A stretch of DNA of 64,000 bases, taken from assembly GCF_040938485.1 (NCBI RefSeq), contig NW_027270937.1, forward strand, positions 248,001-312,000, read 5' to 3'. Every line of letters starts with the position of its first letter. Position 1 is the stretch's first letter. A program made the translations under genes and the position numbers. Source of the stretch: Diadema antillarum. Its lineage: Eukaryota. Shown piece after piece: positions 1 to 11,376 of the stretch. Below the pieces are notes generated by a model. The model made no database searches and had not been told where the DNA came from. It saw only the letters and a program-made list of their open reading frames with translations.

Positions 1-790
1 ATGTAAAACTTTGTTGGCACCACTGGAGAGCAGCTGTCAGATTTATCCCAAAATTGAGTAAAAATGGACACATGATAAACATGATAAAAGGCATGCTCAC
101 ATTCAGCTCTGATCGTATAAACATTGGACTATTCGTGAGGGCATCTTAGGCCATCGTATGACCACCGGTGGAGTTTCTCAGGGACCAGCAGCAACTTCGT
201 GAGCGGTGGAAAAATCTTCCTGTATAGCCATTGTGTTTCCTTCACCTGTCCTTCAGGTAAACTTTTTAAGATAAAATTCAAATCTTTCTGTGTGGTTCGA
301 TTGTTCAGACCCTACTTTCCGCTGGAAAGCAGTTTGAATTAACGTACCAAAGATCACTGACTACCTTTCCAGCAACTACATAAATCATTTAAACATAACA
401 CGACTTTCCATTCGTAGGGGGATGGACTCCGAAAAAAAAGAGCAGAATATTTGCTGCTCAATAATTGTTAAGCTTTTAAGCATCTGTCATACAGTTCCGA
501 AATTAACACTGGAAAGCGCACCGCGTTTACAACAGAACACCTGTGGATATCTACAGAAGACAGGCTCTTCTTTGTATGGCGGTTAGTTTCGATTCAGAAG
601 TATAGGGATATAAAAACGAGACCAAATTGGTTAAAAATTCATTTATTATGACTAAGCTACTCATTTGGAAATGCTATCATAGCTTGATAAGCATATCTAT
701 GCCCAACAAACAAAATGACACCAAAAAGGTTTTGCCACCTCAGGTGGTACCAATAACCCATTTTTCGGGTCTTGGCCCGTGGACTAATAC

Positions 791-2299
791 GAGTACACAC
801 TAATACAAACAGACGTATACCGTCTCGCATACAAAAACATTAACAAACGATTTCTAGGCAAACATGATTAGAGACAAAATTTTAAGTGTAGAATTGTAGC
901 TTGTTTAATGTCAAAGAATGGATAACATAATTAAGTTTGCTTACGAGAGAAACTAAAAATATGGGGCTGTAAGTTGGTTCACCCTCAAAATAAAGAATCG
1001 ACAACATCTGGCTAATTTGAATGAAAAATTCATGAAATTCAGTGAAAAAAAAATATTTGAGCTTCACATTCTGCGATCCGTCAGCGGGAGGGATGAATAT
1101 GAATGACAATTGACGATTCGGAATGCTATGTCGTCGAAAATATTTGACGAAAAACGAATTATAATGACAATTGACGAAATTGAAGTTAGGATTTGCGTTC
1201 CACGTCCTTCTCGGGACGAAATTGAACAATAAATCTTTGAAATTGAATGACAAAAGTGCGAAAATGGATGGGAAAACCTATTTTTTTTCCTGTAATCATT
1301 CACATTTTACATTCAGGAGTTAACACACACAATAAGCCCCCCCCCCCGCCCTCAATCACAGAACCACAGACACAGACAAACATACAAGCAATCCGAGTAC
1401 ACACTGATACAAACAGAAGTACCGTCTCGCATACGAAAACACTGACAAACGATTTCTAGGCAAACATGATTAGAGACGAAATTTTAAGTGTAGATTAATG
1501 ACAAAATATTAAGTGTAGAATTGTAGCCTGTTTAATGTCAAAATTTGACGAAAAATGAATTTCAATGACAATCGACGAAATTGAAGTTAGGATTTGCGTT
1601 CCACGCGCTTCTTGGGACGAAATTGAATAATAAATCTTTGAAATTGAATGACAAAAGTGCGAAAATAAATGGGAAAACCTATATTTTTTCTGTAATCGTT
1701 CACATTTTACGTTCAGGGGTTAACATACACACAAGTCCCCCCCCCCCCACACACACACACAGAGAACCACAGATACAGACACACACACAAGCAATCAAGT
1801 ACACACTGATACAAACAGAAGTACCGTCTTGCATACGAAAACACTGACAAACGATTTCTAGGCAAACATGATTAGAGACAAAATTTTAAGTGTAGAATTG
1901 TAGCTTGTTTAATGTCACAGAATGGATAACATAATTAAGTTAGCTTACGAGAGAAAGTAAAAATATGTGGGATTAAAGTTGGTTCATCCTCAAAATAAAG
2001 AATCGACAACATCTGGCTAATTTGAATGAAAAATTCATGAAATTAAGTGAAAAAAACCCCGAATTTGATCTTCACTTTCTGCGATCCGTCAGCGGGAGGG
2101 ATGAATATGAATGACAATAGACGATTCGGAATGCTATGTCGTCGAAAATGCTTGACGAGAAACGAATTACAATGACAATTGACGAAATTGAGGTTAGGAT
2201 TTGCGTTCCACGTGCTTCTCGGGGAGGAAATTGAATAATAAATCTTTGAACTTGAATGACAAAAGTGCGAAAATGGATGGGAAAACCTATATATTTTGC
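791..2299. repeat. Tandem triplication of a ~600-bp unit (units start ~791, ~1395 internally deleted, ~1798 3'-incomplete)
   Basis: Blocks such as GAGTACACACTGATACAAACAGA, GATTTCTAGGCAAACATGATTAGAGAC and GAAGTTAGGATTTGCGTTCCACG recur three times; CTGCGATCCGTCAGCGGGAGGGATGAATATG occurs only in units 1 and 3. Confidence 0.85.
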
Positions 2300-2536
2300 A
2301 CTGTGGCCTAAAGGAAAAGACTCCTCGCTTTCAATCGGAGGGAACTAATTTGCATATTGTTCTTTACACGGCAAACGGCTGATAATCGTCCGGACTTCCC
2401 CTTTAATGAAGGGACACTTGCAGTGGTCTGAAGACGGTTACTATTTCATAGCACATTTTGTTCTTTTGATATGTGAACATAGCGTCCGGAAAATTGCTCC
2501 TACGTGGTAGTCATTTTAGTGCTGTGCGAGACAATA

Positions 2537-3631
2537 ATGGCCGATCTAGCTGGCGACCAAGACAGTAATGAGACTTTGGGTAAATCTAATTCCATTCTCT
2601 CTCCTGCAGATATTTTTTTAGCTGTAGGATATGGCACTGTGTTCGTTGTTGGGGTAACGGGGAATGTCGTGCTGTTGCTGGCGACCGCACTGTCGAGGAA
2701 ACTCCGGTCGAAAACCTCCTGCCTCATCGTGAATCTTTGCGTCAGTGACCTATTGGTATCCGCCGCTCAGCCTTTTCAGATCGTCCCGATATTGGACAGA
2801 CCATTATCCGAGGTACTGTGGCAACTGATAGCCGCTCTTGATATCCTATCTGTTGCGAGTAGTGTCATTACCTTGATGCTTATTGCTATAAATCGCTGTG
2901 TGCTCATCATCAAACCTAGGCATACATACGATCGTGTCTTCTCGTCGAGAAATCTGGTCGTCATGGTGACAATGTCTTGGTTGTTTCCCGCTGTAGGTTT
3001 AGTCCTTCCTCAGCTTTCTGGCCACGGTCGTCTAGGATACCACGCACTCACACGACTTTGCATCTGTGACTTCAATCACAAGAATGCAAACACCTTCGTG
3101 TACCTTGTGAATTTCTTATCGACATTTTCCTTCAGTGTGACGTTCTTCAGCTACTATCTACTCTTTAGGCACGTGAAAAGGAGCGCTCTCAAGACCAGGT
3201 CACGCTCTATAATGCCTGCCGAGAAAAATTGTCGCAGGCATACCGAGTTGGTAATTACCAAGAATCTCCTGTGCGTGGTATGCTGCTTCGTCCTGTGCAT
3301 ATCTTCCTTCGCGGGTGTCTTTATCGTTATCCCATTCCTGCAAGGACCCGCTCTGCACCGAGTTCTCAGCGTGATGCCATACGTGTCTCTCCCACTCGTA
3401 TTCGACAGTTGCCTTAATCCGTTCATCTACGGCTGGAAGCATCCTCACTTCAGGGTGGTTATGGCCTGTGTGTTGCGACGGCGCTGGCGTGCTATCCCGG
3501 CGCCCTCGCGACTGCTGGCACGGATCCTCGCATATAGTACTGGTGACAGGCAGACACCGCAAGTTTTCAGTGTCGCAAAGAGCTGTAAGACACAAAGCAA
3601 AAATCTGACCATTGACATGAACAATATGTGA
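2537..3631 (+). CDS. GPCR-A: intronless class A 7TM receptor, 364 aa (moody/melatonin-receptor-like orphan)
   Basis: The ORF track starts at GTG 2504; the first ATG (ATAATGG) is at 2537. Seven hydrophobic segments, N-terminal NET sequon, TM1 GN, TM2 LCVSD, TM3 NRC (DRY equivalent), TM4 W, TM7 DSCLNPFIY and helix 8 KHPHFR. Confidence 0.9.
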   Translation: MADLAGDQDSNETLGKSNSILSPADIFLAVGYGTVFVVGVTGNVVLLLATALSRKLRSKTSCLIVNLCVSDLLVSAAQPFQIVPILDRPLSEVLWQLIAALDILSVASSVITLMLIAINRCVLIIKPRHTYDRVFSSRNLVVMVTMSWLFPAVGLVLPQLSGHGRLGYHALTRLCICDFNHKNANTFVYLVNFLSTFSFSVTFFSYYLLFRHVKRSALKTRSRSIMPAEKNCRRHTELVITKNLLCVVCCFVLCISSFAGVFIVIPFLQGPALHRVLSVMPYVSLPLVFDSCLNPFIYGWKHPHFRVVMACVLRRRWRAIPAPSRLLARILAYSTGDRQTPQVFSVAKSCKTQSKNLTIDMNNM

Positions 3632-4494
3632 CTTATGTGTGTGTGTGTTTTCCATCATTTTAAACCGTATGCCATAACTTTTGTATCTATTTATCATCGT
3701 AAGCTCACAAATTTATATCATCGGGTAAATATGTGAGCTATTTCGATACAAAGATTAAGATGAAAAAAAAAAAAGAAGAACTGCAATATTAATATCTATA
3801 GAGTATAGTGGCAAAACTGTTGCCAGGCGTCTGAGTCTTTCGCTTTGGTGCTGTTAGAGGCAAAACAATGTTGTACAGTCTATGTTCATAGCTTTTGAAC
3901 TTTCTTGGCGTGTGCTAATCATCACAATAATAGTCTGTGATAAATGTACGTGATTTTCTGTCCCATGAAAATGAAGCGTTGAGGAATTTACAATACTTTA
4001 AAAAGTGAAATTGTGCCGTGCAAATTTCTGTCAAAATCGGCAATGTGACATGTTATGAGATCATACGACTGATTACGAGAAGTTTGTTCACATTTCCAGA
4101 CTTCACGTTATGACGTTTTGAATTTGTAACCGTGCTGTAGACAAGCAGTAGGAAACCTCAGTAGTTGCAAAACAATGTTATGATGTATTACGATTCTTTC
4201 TTTAATCCATATCCCTGGGCACAGTTAGTACACAGAGAGCACGGTTGTTGTTATTTCGTACATGCGTCACAATATTTAATGTGTTCCTTTTTTTTTCATA
4301 GACATTTCTCGTTTCTGTGTGACGACTGGCGAGGAATAACGGAGGGTAATAGAAATGGCCTCGATACACCCGTGTGAACGCATATACTAATGAAAGAAGT
4401 TACCATGTAAAAAAAAAATGATCGAAAACAAAATATAATCTATTTGAATGACAAACTATGGAGTTGAGCATCCTGCTATTACAAAGAAAAATAA

Positions 4495-4565
4495 TGATAA
4501 TGGCATCGCCCTCTTGTAGAGGAGTTGTAACAGTGAAGAGGCTACCTTGGGTAAAGAAGATCAGA
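4495..4565 (+). mobile_element. Short 3'-tail fragment of the SINE family at 25255-25509
   Basis: AACAGTGAAGAGGCTACCTTGGGTAAA matches the reverse complement of the SINE 3' region (AACACTGAAGAGGCTACCCTGGGTAAA). Confidence 0.5.
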
Positions 4566-4955
4566 CTACACGGATGCACATTGCAGAACACGTTGTCATT
4601 CAAGGCAACGTGACATAACACGGTTATGTACTCGGTATAAAAGCTAAGCTATGAACAGACGATGCGATGAATGATTAAGAAGGAAATGGTATGGTGATGA
4701 CAAATCCTCATTAAACGGTAAATCATAGATATGCATTTTATAGAGAACTGATTTCTGAACAACGATATCATTGTCAGCGCCTGCGCCATCAACTCGAGAG
4801 AGTGCTTTGTGTCGCTGAAAGCGTAAGATAATGGAAACGGGAACAACAACAACGAAGGGACACTCGCAGAGGTCTGAAAATAATTTCATACCACATTCTG
4901 TCTTATTGACATGTGTACACAGTGTGCGGAAAATTGTTCCTGTGTGGTTGTCATG

Positions 4956-5405
4956 ATGGCCGATTTAGCTCGCTCCTACAAATATGTATTTTTTTTAGCC
5001 GTAGGCTTTAGCGCTGCGTTCGTAAGCACACATACATTAAGCAAACGTAAGCACGTGGTATCCTGCTTCGTCCTTTGCATATCTTCCTTCGCGGGTGTTT
5101 TTATCGTTATCCCATTCCTGGAAGGACCCGCACTGCACCGAGTTCTCAGCGTGATGCCCTACGTGGGTCTCCCCCTCGTACTCGACAGTTGCCTTAATCC
5201 GTTCATCTACGGTTGGAAGCACCCGCACTTCAGGGTGGCCATGGCCTGTGTGCTGGGACGCCGCTGGCGTGATATCCCAGAGCCCTCCCGACTGCTGGCA
5301 CGGATCCTCACCTATAACACTGGTGACAGGTAGACACCGCAAGTTTTCAGTTGGGCTGCGAGACAAAAAGCGAAAATCTGACCATTTACACGAACAATAT
5401 GTGAC
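4956..5405 (+). pseudogene. GPCR-B: internally deleted paralogue of GPCR-A (TM1 remnant fused to TM6-TM7-H8; premature TAG at 5331-5333)
   Basis: MADLA start and FLAVG TM1 remnant match A. After a ~30-nt filler the sequence jumps to TM6 (CFVLCISSFAGVFIVIPFL...DSCLNPFIYGWKHPHFR), nearly identical to A. A CAG>TAG change follows GDR, and homology to the tail of A continues to about 5405. Confidence 0.88.
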
Positions 5406-6585
5406 GTGTGTGTGTGTCTTTTTCGCTTCGATTTAGAATCGGAATTACTTTTGAACTGTTTTACCAGACAAAATACTGTGTCGTAAATATCAGTCATCGT
5501 GATCACAGAGATTTAGATCAGAATGGTAAAAAGAAAAATCGTGACATTGATGTCCAGAGTAGGCCCTGTGTTGACAAAACTGTAACTTTCTCGGCGCCGT
5601 TTCAGACGCGATGCAATGTTGTTCAAGCTAAGACCGAACACTTCCAGGTTTTGAATGTTCCGAGTGCGCTAGTCTATGACAATTACAATCTCTTAAGGCT
5701 CTGTCACACCTTTCCAGGCAAGACTTGCGTGTGACTTGCGAAGAACAACGTTTGCTACCTGGAGATCCCCGCAGATGACACGCACATGACCGACAAGCTA
5801 GAATTTAGCAATCCTTGACACTGACATACACCCCTCCCCCTTCCTTCCCAAAGTATGTCTTTCTCCTGAATCATGAGCAAACGACGATGACTCAGTCAGG
5901 ATATATCTATGTTGTATACCTAGGTATATGCCATGGGCACACACAGGGATGATTAATGGCGTAGATCCTACGATGCAAAGGGGCAGTCCCGCCCTCCCCC
6001 CCCCCCCATGAATATGTTGGGGCAAACATTAATTGCCCCACCCCAATATTTCCCGAGCTGAGAAAATAAACCGTACTTTTTGATTGAAAATTGTCCAAAT
6101 ATTCATCGAGAAGTATGCACCAGATTGTTGAATTGCAATCATAAAAATTCAGAAAATACCCTCTCGGCGTAATGCAACACGACTAAGTAATCAATATGTG
6201 TGCTAACTTTCACGCCTAAAAGAAAATGATGAATAACTGAAAGGGATATTGTAAGATGAGGAGTGAGAATAATTGTTATTTCCTGGTAAATCATAAAAAT
6301 CATAGAAATCTATAGAAACTGAATTCTCTTGAACTCAAGTAGAGTACATGTGAAACATTATCATTTGTTAACGGGTTAACGCCTGTGCCATCATTATTGG
6401 AAAGTTATGCCATGAACAACTGAAATTGAACCTAGCGGGGAAAAGGAGACTAAAACAGGGTAACACTCACAAAAGCCGAACAGAAATCGCACTGCACGTC
6501 TTGTCCTTTACACACAACAAAGTGCATTCCCTAAAGATTGCTCTTGCGTGTTAGAATTTTCAGGGGTTGCTTAAGTAGAAACAAG

Positions 6586-7623
6586 ATGGCGTTGACAGAT
6601 GTAACTGGCTACAAAGACAGTAATGAGACTTTGGCTGAATCCAATCCCAGTTTCGCCCCTGGAGATGTATGTTTCGCCGCATTATATTCCACTGCGTTCG
6701 TTCTTGGAGTTACGGGGAATGTCGTGCTGCTGCTTGCCAGCGCATTGTCGAGGAAACTTCAGACGAAAACCTCCTGCCTCATCGTTAATTTGAGTGTCAG
6801 TGATCTGGTGGTTTCCGCCCTTGTGCCTTTTCAAGTCGTCGAGATTTTCACCAGGAACAACCGTCGACAACCCGAGGCTCTCTGTCAAATGACAGCTCTT
6901 GATATCATATCTATTGGGAGTAGCGTCGGTACCATAATGTTGATTGCTGTAGATCGCTGTGTGCTCATCACCAAACCTAGACACACATACAACTACGTCT
7001 TCTCGTCGAGAAATCTGGTCGTCATGGTGACAATGTCTTGGTTGTGTCCCATCGTAGTTTTAGTTGTTCCTCAGCTTACTGGTCATGGTCGTCTAGGATA
7101 CAACGACCTCACACGACTCTGCACCTGTGATTTCACTCACAAGAATGCAAATAATTTCGTGTTCCTTACGATTTGCTTATACGCATTCGCCATTGTTGTA
7201 ATGTTCACGAGCTATTGGCTTATCTTTAGGTACGTGAAAAGGAGCGCCCACAAGTCCAGGTCGTGCTCAACGCCAACCGAGAAAGGCTGTCGCAGGCATA
7301 CCGAGCTTGCGATCACCAAGAATCTCCTGTGCGTTTTATGCTGCTTCGTCCTGTGCGTAACTCCCTTCATGGGTGTCTTACTAGCTATTCCATTTTTTGA
7401 AGCACCAACTATGCCTCGCGTGTACAGGGTGACAGCCCGTTTCTCAATATTTCCCCTCGCACTCGACAGTTGCCTTAATCCGTTCATCTACGGCTGGAAG
7501 CACCCTCACTTCAGGGTGGTCATAGCCTGTGTGCTGCGACGGCGCTGGCGCGATATCCCGGAGCCCTCGCGACTGCTGGCACTTATCCTCGACTTCAACG
7601 CTGGTGACAGGCAAACACCCTAA
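6586..7623 (+). CDS. GPCR-C: intronless class A 7TM receptor, 345 aa, C-tail shortened by a nonsense change
   Basis: ATG (AAGATGG) at 6586; NET sequon, GN, LSVSD, DRC, W4.50, CFVLCVTP, DSCLNPFIY. TAA at 7621 aligns with CAA (Gln) in A and D, and the ancestral frame stays open to TGA 7690-7692. Confidence 0.88.
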   Translation: MALTDVTGYKDSNETLAESNPSFAPGDVCFAALYSTAFVLGVTGNVVLLLASALSRKLQTKTSCLIVNLSVSDLVVSALVPFQVVEIFTRNNRRQPEALCQMTALDIISIGSSVGTIMLIAVDRCVLITKPRHTYNYVFSSRNLVVMVTMSWLCPIVVLVVPQLTGHGRLGYNDLTRLCTCDFTHKNANNFVFLTICLYAFAIVVMFTSYWLIFRYVKRSAHKSRSCSTPTEKGCRRHTELAITKNLLCVLCCFVLCVTPFMGVLLAIPFFEAPTMPRVYRVTARFSIFPLALDSCLNPFIYGWKHPHFRVVIACVLRRRWRDIPEPSRLLALILDFNAGDRQTP

Positions 7624-8274
7624 GGTATCAGTGTTACAAGGAGCTACGAGGCACAAAGCGAAAATTTCACCATTACCACGAGCAATACGTGACTTGTGTG
7701 TGTGCTTTGCATCATTTTAAACAGTATGCCATAACTTTTGCATCTTTTATCATCGTAAGCTCACAAATTTATATCATCACGCAAATACGTCAGCTATTTC
7801 GATACAAAAATAAAAGAACTGGAACATTAATATCTAGATTTATTGGCAAAACTGTTGGAAGGCGTCTGAGTCTTTCGGTTTAGTGCCGTTAGAGGTAAAA
7901 CAATATTGTACAGTCAATGTTCATAACTTTTGAACTTTCTTGGCGTGTGGTGCGCTAATCATCACAATTAATTATGTATAGTCTGTGATAAATGTGCGTG
8001 ACGTTCTGTTCCATGAAAATGAAGCGTTTAGGAATTTCCAGTACTTTTAAAAGTGAAATTGTGCCGTGCCAAGTACTGTTAAAATTGGTAACGTGACACA
8101 TTGTAACAGGGGCGTCACCAGCTTTTTTTCAAGGGGGTGCGTTTTGACACTAAATGTAACGAGATTTGTTTTTTTTTTTGACAGACATTTGGAATATAGT
8201 GCAATTTGATGCAGGCTTTTTGCGTGTCACACTTGTTTAAGGTAGCAGTACATTTTGATGAAAATTGTTGAACA

Positions 8275-9870
8275 AATTACTGGCAGCAATATCAGGAGAA
8301 TGGCATAACGACTACATGCGAGCGAGCGGAGCGAGCGAGCTTGAAAATTGTGACATTTTACAGTCCAAAAACAGCCGTTTATAGCCATATTTTTAGCTTT
8401 GGAAATTAAGGGGGGCGCACCGGGCGCAACTGCCGGCAATTACTGGCAGCAACATCAGGTGAATGGCATAACAATTAAATGCGAGCGAGCTTGAAAATTT
8501 TGACATTTTACATTAAAAAAAACCTGCCGTTTGTAGCTATATTTTTTTTCGCTTTGGAATTTAAGGGGGGGGGGGGGGGCGCATCGTGCGCAACTACTGG
8601 CATTTACTGGCAGCAATATCAGGAGAGCATAACGATTACATGCGAGCGACCGGAACGAGCGAGCTTGAAAATTTTACATTTTACAGTCCAAAAACAGCCG
8701 TTTATAGCCATATTTTTTCGCTTTGGAAATTAAGGGGGGCGGGGATACCGGGCGCAACTGCTGGCAATTACTGGCAGAAACATCAGGTGAATTGCATAGC
8801 GATTAAATGCGAGCGAGCGAAGAGAGCGAGCTTGAAAATTTTGACATTTTACAGTAAAAAAACTGCCGTTTGTAGCTATATTTTTTCGCTTTGGAAATTA
8901 AGGGGGGGGGGGGGGGCGCACCCGGGGTGCAACTGCTGACAATTACTGGCAGTAACATCAAAAGAATTGCATAAAGATTAGATGCGAGACAGCTTGAAAA
9001 TTTTGACATTTTACAGTCCAAAACTGCCGTTTCAAGCTATAGAAAGATCTTTTTTTTTTTTTTGCTTTCGAAATTAAGGGGGTGCACCTGGCGCAACTGT
9101 TGGCATTTACTGGCAGCAATATCAGGAGAATTTAAATGCGAGCAAGCTTAGCAAGCGAGCTTGAAATTTGTGACATTTTACAGTCCCCAAACTGCCGTTT
9201 GTAGCTATATTTTTTCGCTTTGGAAATTAAGGGGGGGGGGGGACACCGGGCGCAACTGCTGGCAATTACTGGCAGCAACATCAGGTGAACTGCATAGCGA
9301 TTAAATGCGAGCGAGCGAAGAGATCGAGCTTGAAAAATTTGACATTTTCCAGTAAAAAAAACTGCCGTTTGTAGCTATATTTTTTCGCTTTGGAAATTAA
9401 GGGGGGGGGGGCGCACCCGGGGCGCAACTGCTGACAATTACTGGCAGTAACATCAGAAGAATTGCATAAAGATTAAATGCGAGACAGCTTGAAAATTTTG
9501 ACATTTTACAGTCCAAAAACTGCCGTTTGAAGCTGTAGAAAGATCTTTTTTTTTTTTTGCTTTCGAAATTAAGGGGGGCGCACCGGGCGCAACTGTTGGC
9601 AATTACTGGCAGCAATATCAGGAGAATTTAAATGCGAGCGAGCTTAGCAAGCGAGCTTGAAAATTGTGACATTTTACAGTCCCCGAACTGCCGTTTGTAG
9701 CTATATTTTTTCGCTTTGGAAATTAAGGGGGGCGCACCGGGCGCAACTGCCGGCAAATACTGGCAGCAACTTTACGACTAAATGCGAGCGAGCGGAGCGA
9801 GCGAGCTTGAAATTTTTGACATTTTACAGTCCAAAAACTAGCTATATTTTTTCGCTTTGGAAATTAAGAG
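8275..9870. repeat. Tandem array of ten ~155-175-bp units with a 3-unit higher-order duplication
   Basis: Units begin A(A/T)TTACTGGCAG at 8275, 8438, 8602, 8766, 8941, 9105, 9264, 9436, 9601 and 9755. Units 4-6 share diagnostic variants with units 7-9. Confidence 0.9.
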
Positions 9871-10317
9871 GGTGGGGGGGGGGGTGGGGAGGCTGGTGCG
9901 CCCCTCCCCCTGGATCCGCCACTGGTAGTCAAGGGCGTCGGTTTATGTTCATGACTGGGGGAGGTATGACCAGCGAGGTGGCGTCGAAGTGACCAAGCGG
10001 GGGAAGGATGTCCGAAATCTGCACTTTAGAGCATCCCATAATTGTGCGTGTTTGTTTGTGTGTGTGTATTATATACATGGAAAAGTTAGGAATTAGCCCA
10101 GGTCAAGTCTTTTTATTGGCAATGCAAGACATTTTTTATATAGACTACTATGTAAAGCAACACTGCAAAATCATTGATCTAGCTTTGATATAACGAAGCG
10201 TAAGGTACAAAGGTGTACATACATCACATTGCGCAACATTGTAGCGACTCTTTTTGCCGTTCGGATGTTCTGAGTATACACTGCGCACATCCTGCTTATA
10301 TGCAGAATGCTAACCAG

Positions 10318-10486
10318 GGGGGTGTTTCATAAAGCTGTTCGTAAAGTTACGAACGACTTACGAGCGACTGGCGATCAGTTCTTGTGCTGAATTATGGAAA
10401 TTCTGATAAGTATAGCACATCAGAACTGATCACCAGTCGCTCGTAAGTTGTTCGTAACTTTACGAACGGCTTTATGAAACAGGGCC
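10318..10486. mobile_element. Palindromic PIF/Harbinger-type MITE nested in the 3.3-kb element
   Basis: GGGGGTGTTTCATAAAGCTGTTCGTAAAGTTACGAAC pairs with GTTCGTAACTTTACGAACGGCTTTATGAAACAGGGCC; CAG on both flanks. Confidence 0.7.
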
Positions 10487-11338
10487 CAGGAATCACACTG
10501 ATTCACAATCTTTTGTCGGGTCCGGGTTTTTTGAACAATGTTTCACACTATATACCTATTTTATTATGGTTAAAAGAAATCATAGAAAAATATCTTATTT
10601 CTTGATGACCCTTTCATTCAAAAGCAGTTTACTAACCCTTGAATTACTATTTTGGTAAGTCTTTTTTTTTACCAGCGGATGGGGGGGGGGGGGACGCACC
10701 CCCCCTTCCGTAGTTATGCCACTGCTTTTGGGTGAAATAATTGGACACATTTCTAACAAAAAGAGCAAGAAAATCTTTTCATCGCGTTAATTATGATTAT
10801 GTGGGGTGGGGCAAATGGTGCGCTTGCCTTCCAATATTTTCATGGGGACAACATTTTGTTTTCTTTCAAAAGCAAGAAAATCTTCTCATTTCGGGAATCA
10901 TTAACAGGGGGGGGGGCAAAATTAAAATATGCTTGCCCCTCCAATATTTTCATGGGGGTAACTTTTTGTTTTTCTGTCAAAAAAAAGGTAAGAAAATCTT
11001 CTCGTCTCTGGAATTATGGAGGCTAAAAGGCGCACTCTTGAGCTGGCAATATGGATTGGTCAGAAGTGAAGTATAGACCCTACATACTTGTAAGTAGCAT
11101 ACGTACACGCAAACGTGTACGTGCTCCGTATCGTACGGATGTACAGTACGATTGATAGATAGTAAACACTAGATAGAATACTAGTAGATATGTATAAAAA
11201 ATCATTGCTGCCAGAACCAGGGGTGCGAATTGTTTTTGCCCACGATTTTTTTTCTTTTTTGTCCCTGGTGCAAAATATAAAAAAAAATAGAAAAGAATAA
11301 TTATTTAGCGTCCGGCGTTGAGGTCGCTCGCAGACTGA

Positions 11339-11376
<38 letters not shown>

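Noticed and set aside
882-1847. ORFs in the 600-bp triplicated block
   Set aside because: Frames are not conserved between repeat units and have low-complexity composition.
2504-2536. GTG/TTG-initiated N-terminal extensions in the ORF track for A, C, D and F, and the upstream ATG 60587 for G
   Set aside because: Paralogue alignment places the conserved ATG (AxxATGG context) downstream, and the extensions overlap the candidate acceptor sites.
2500-3697. Antisense and alternate-frame ORFs over the GPCR genes (e.g. 3200-3697 -, 5037-5366 -, 18513-18866 -, 43709-44035 -, 60787-61092 -)
   Set aside because: Shadow ORFs caused by the GC/codon structure of the receptor CDS; they recur only because the sense genes are paralogous and show no domain motifs.
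8479-9992. Repetitive ORFs (84-117 aa) in the 165-bp array
   Set aside because: Translations of satellite monomers with homopolymer-driven frame changes.
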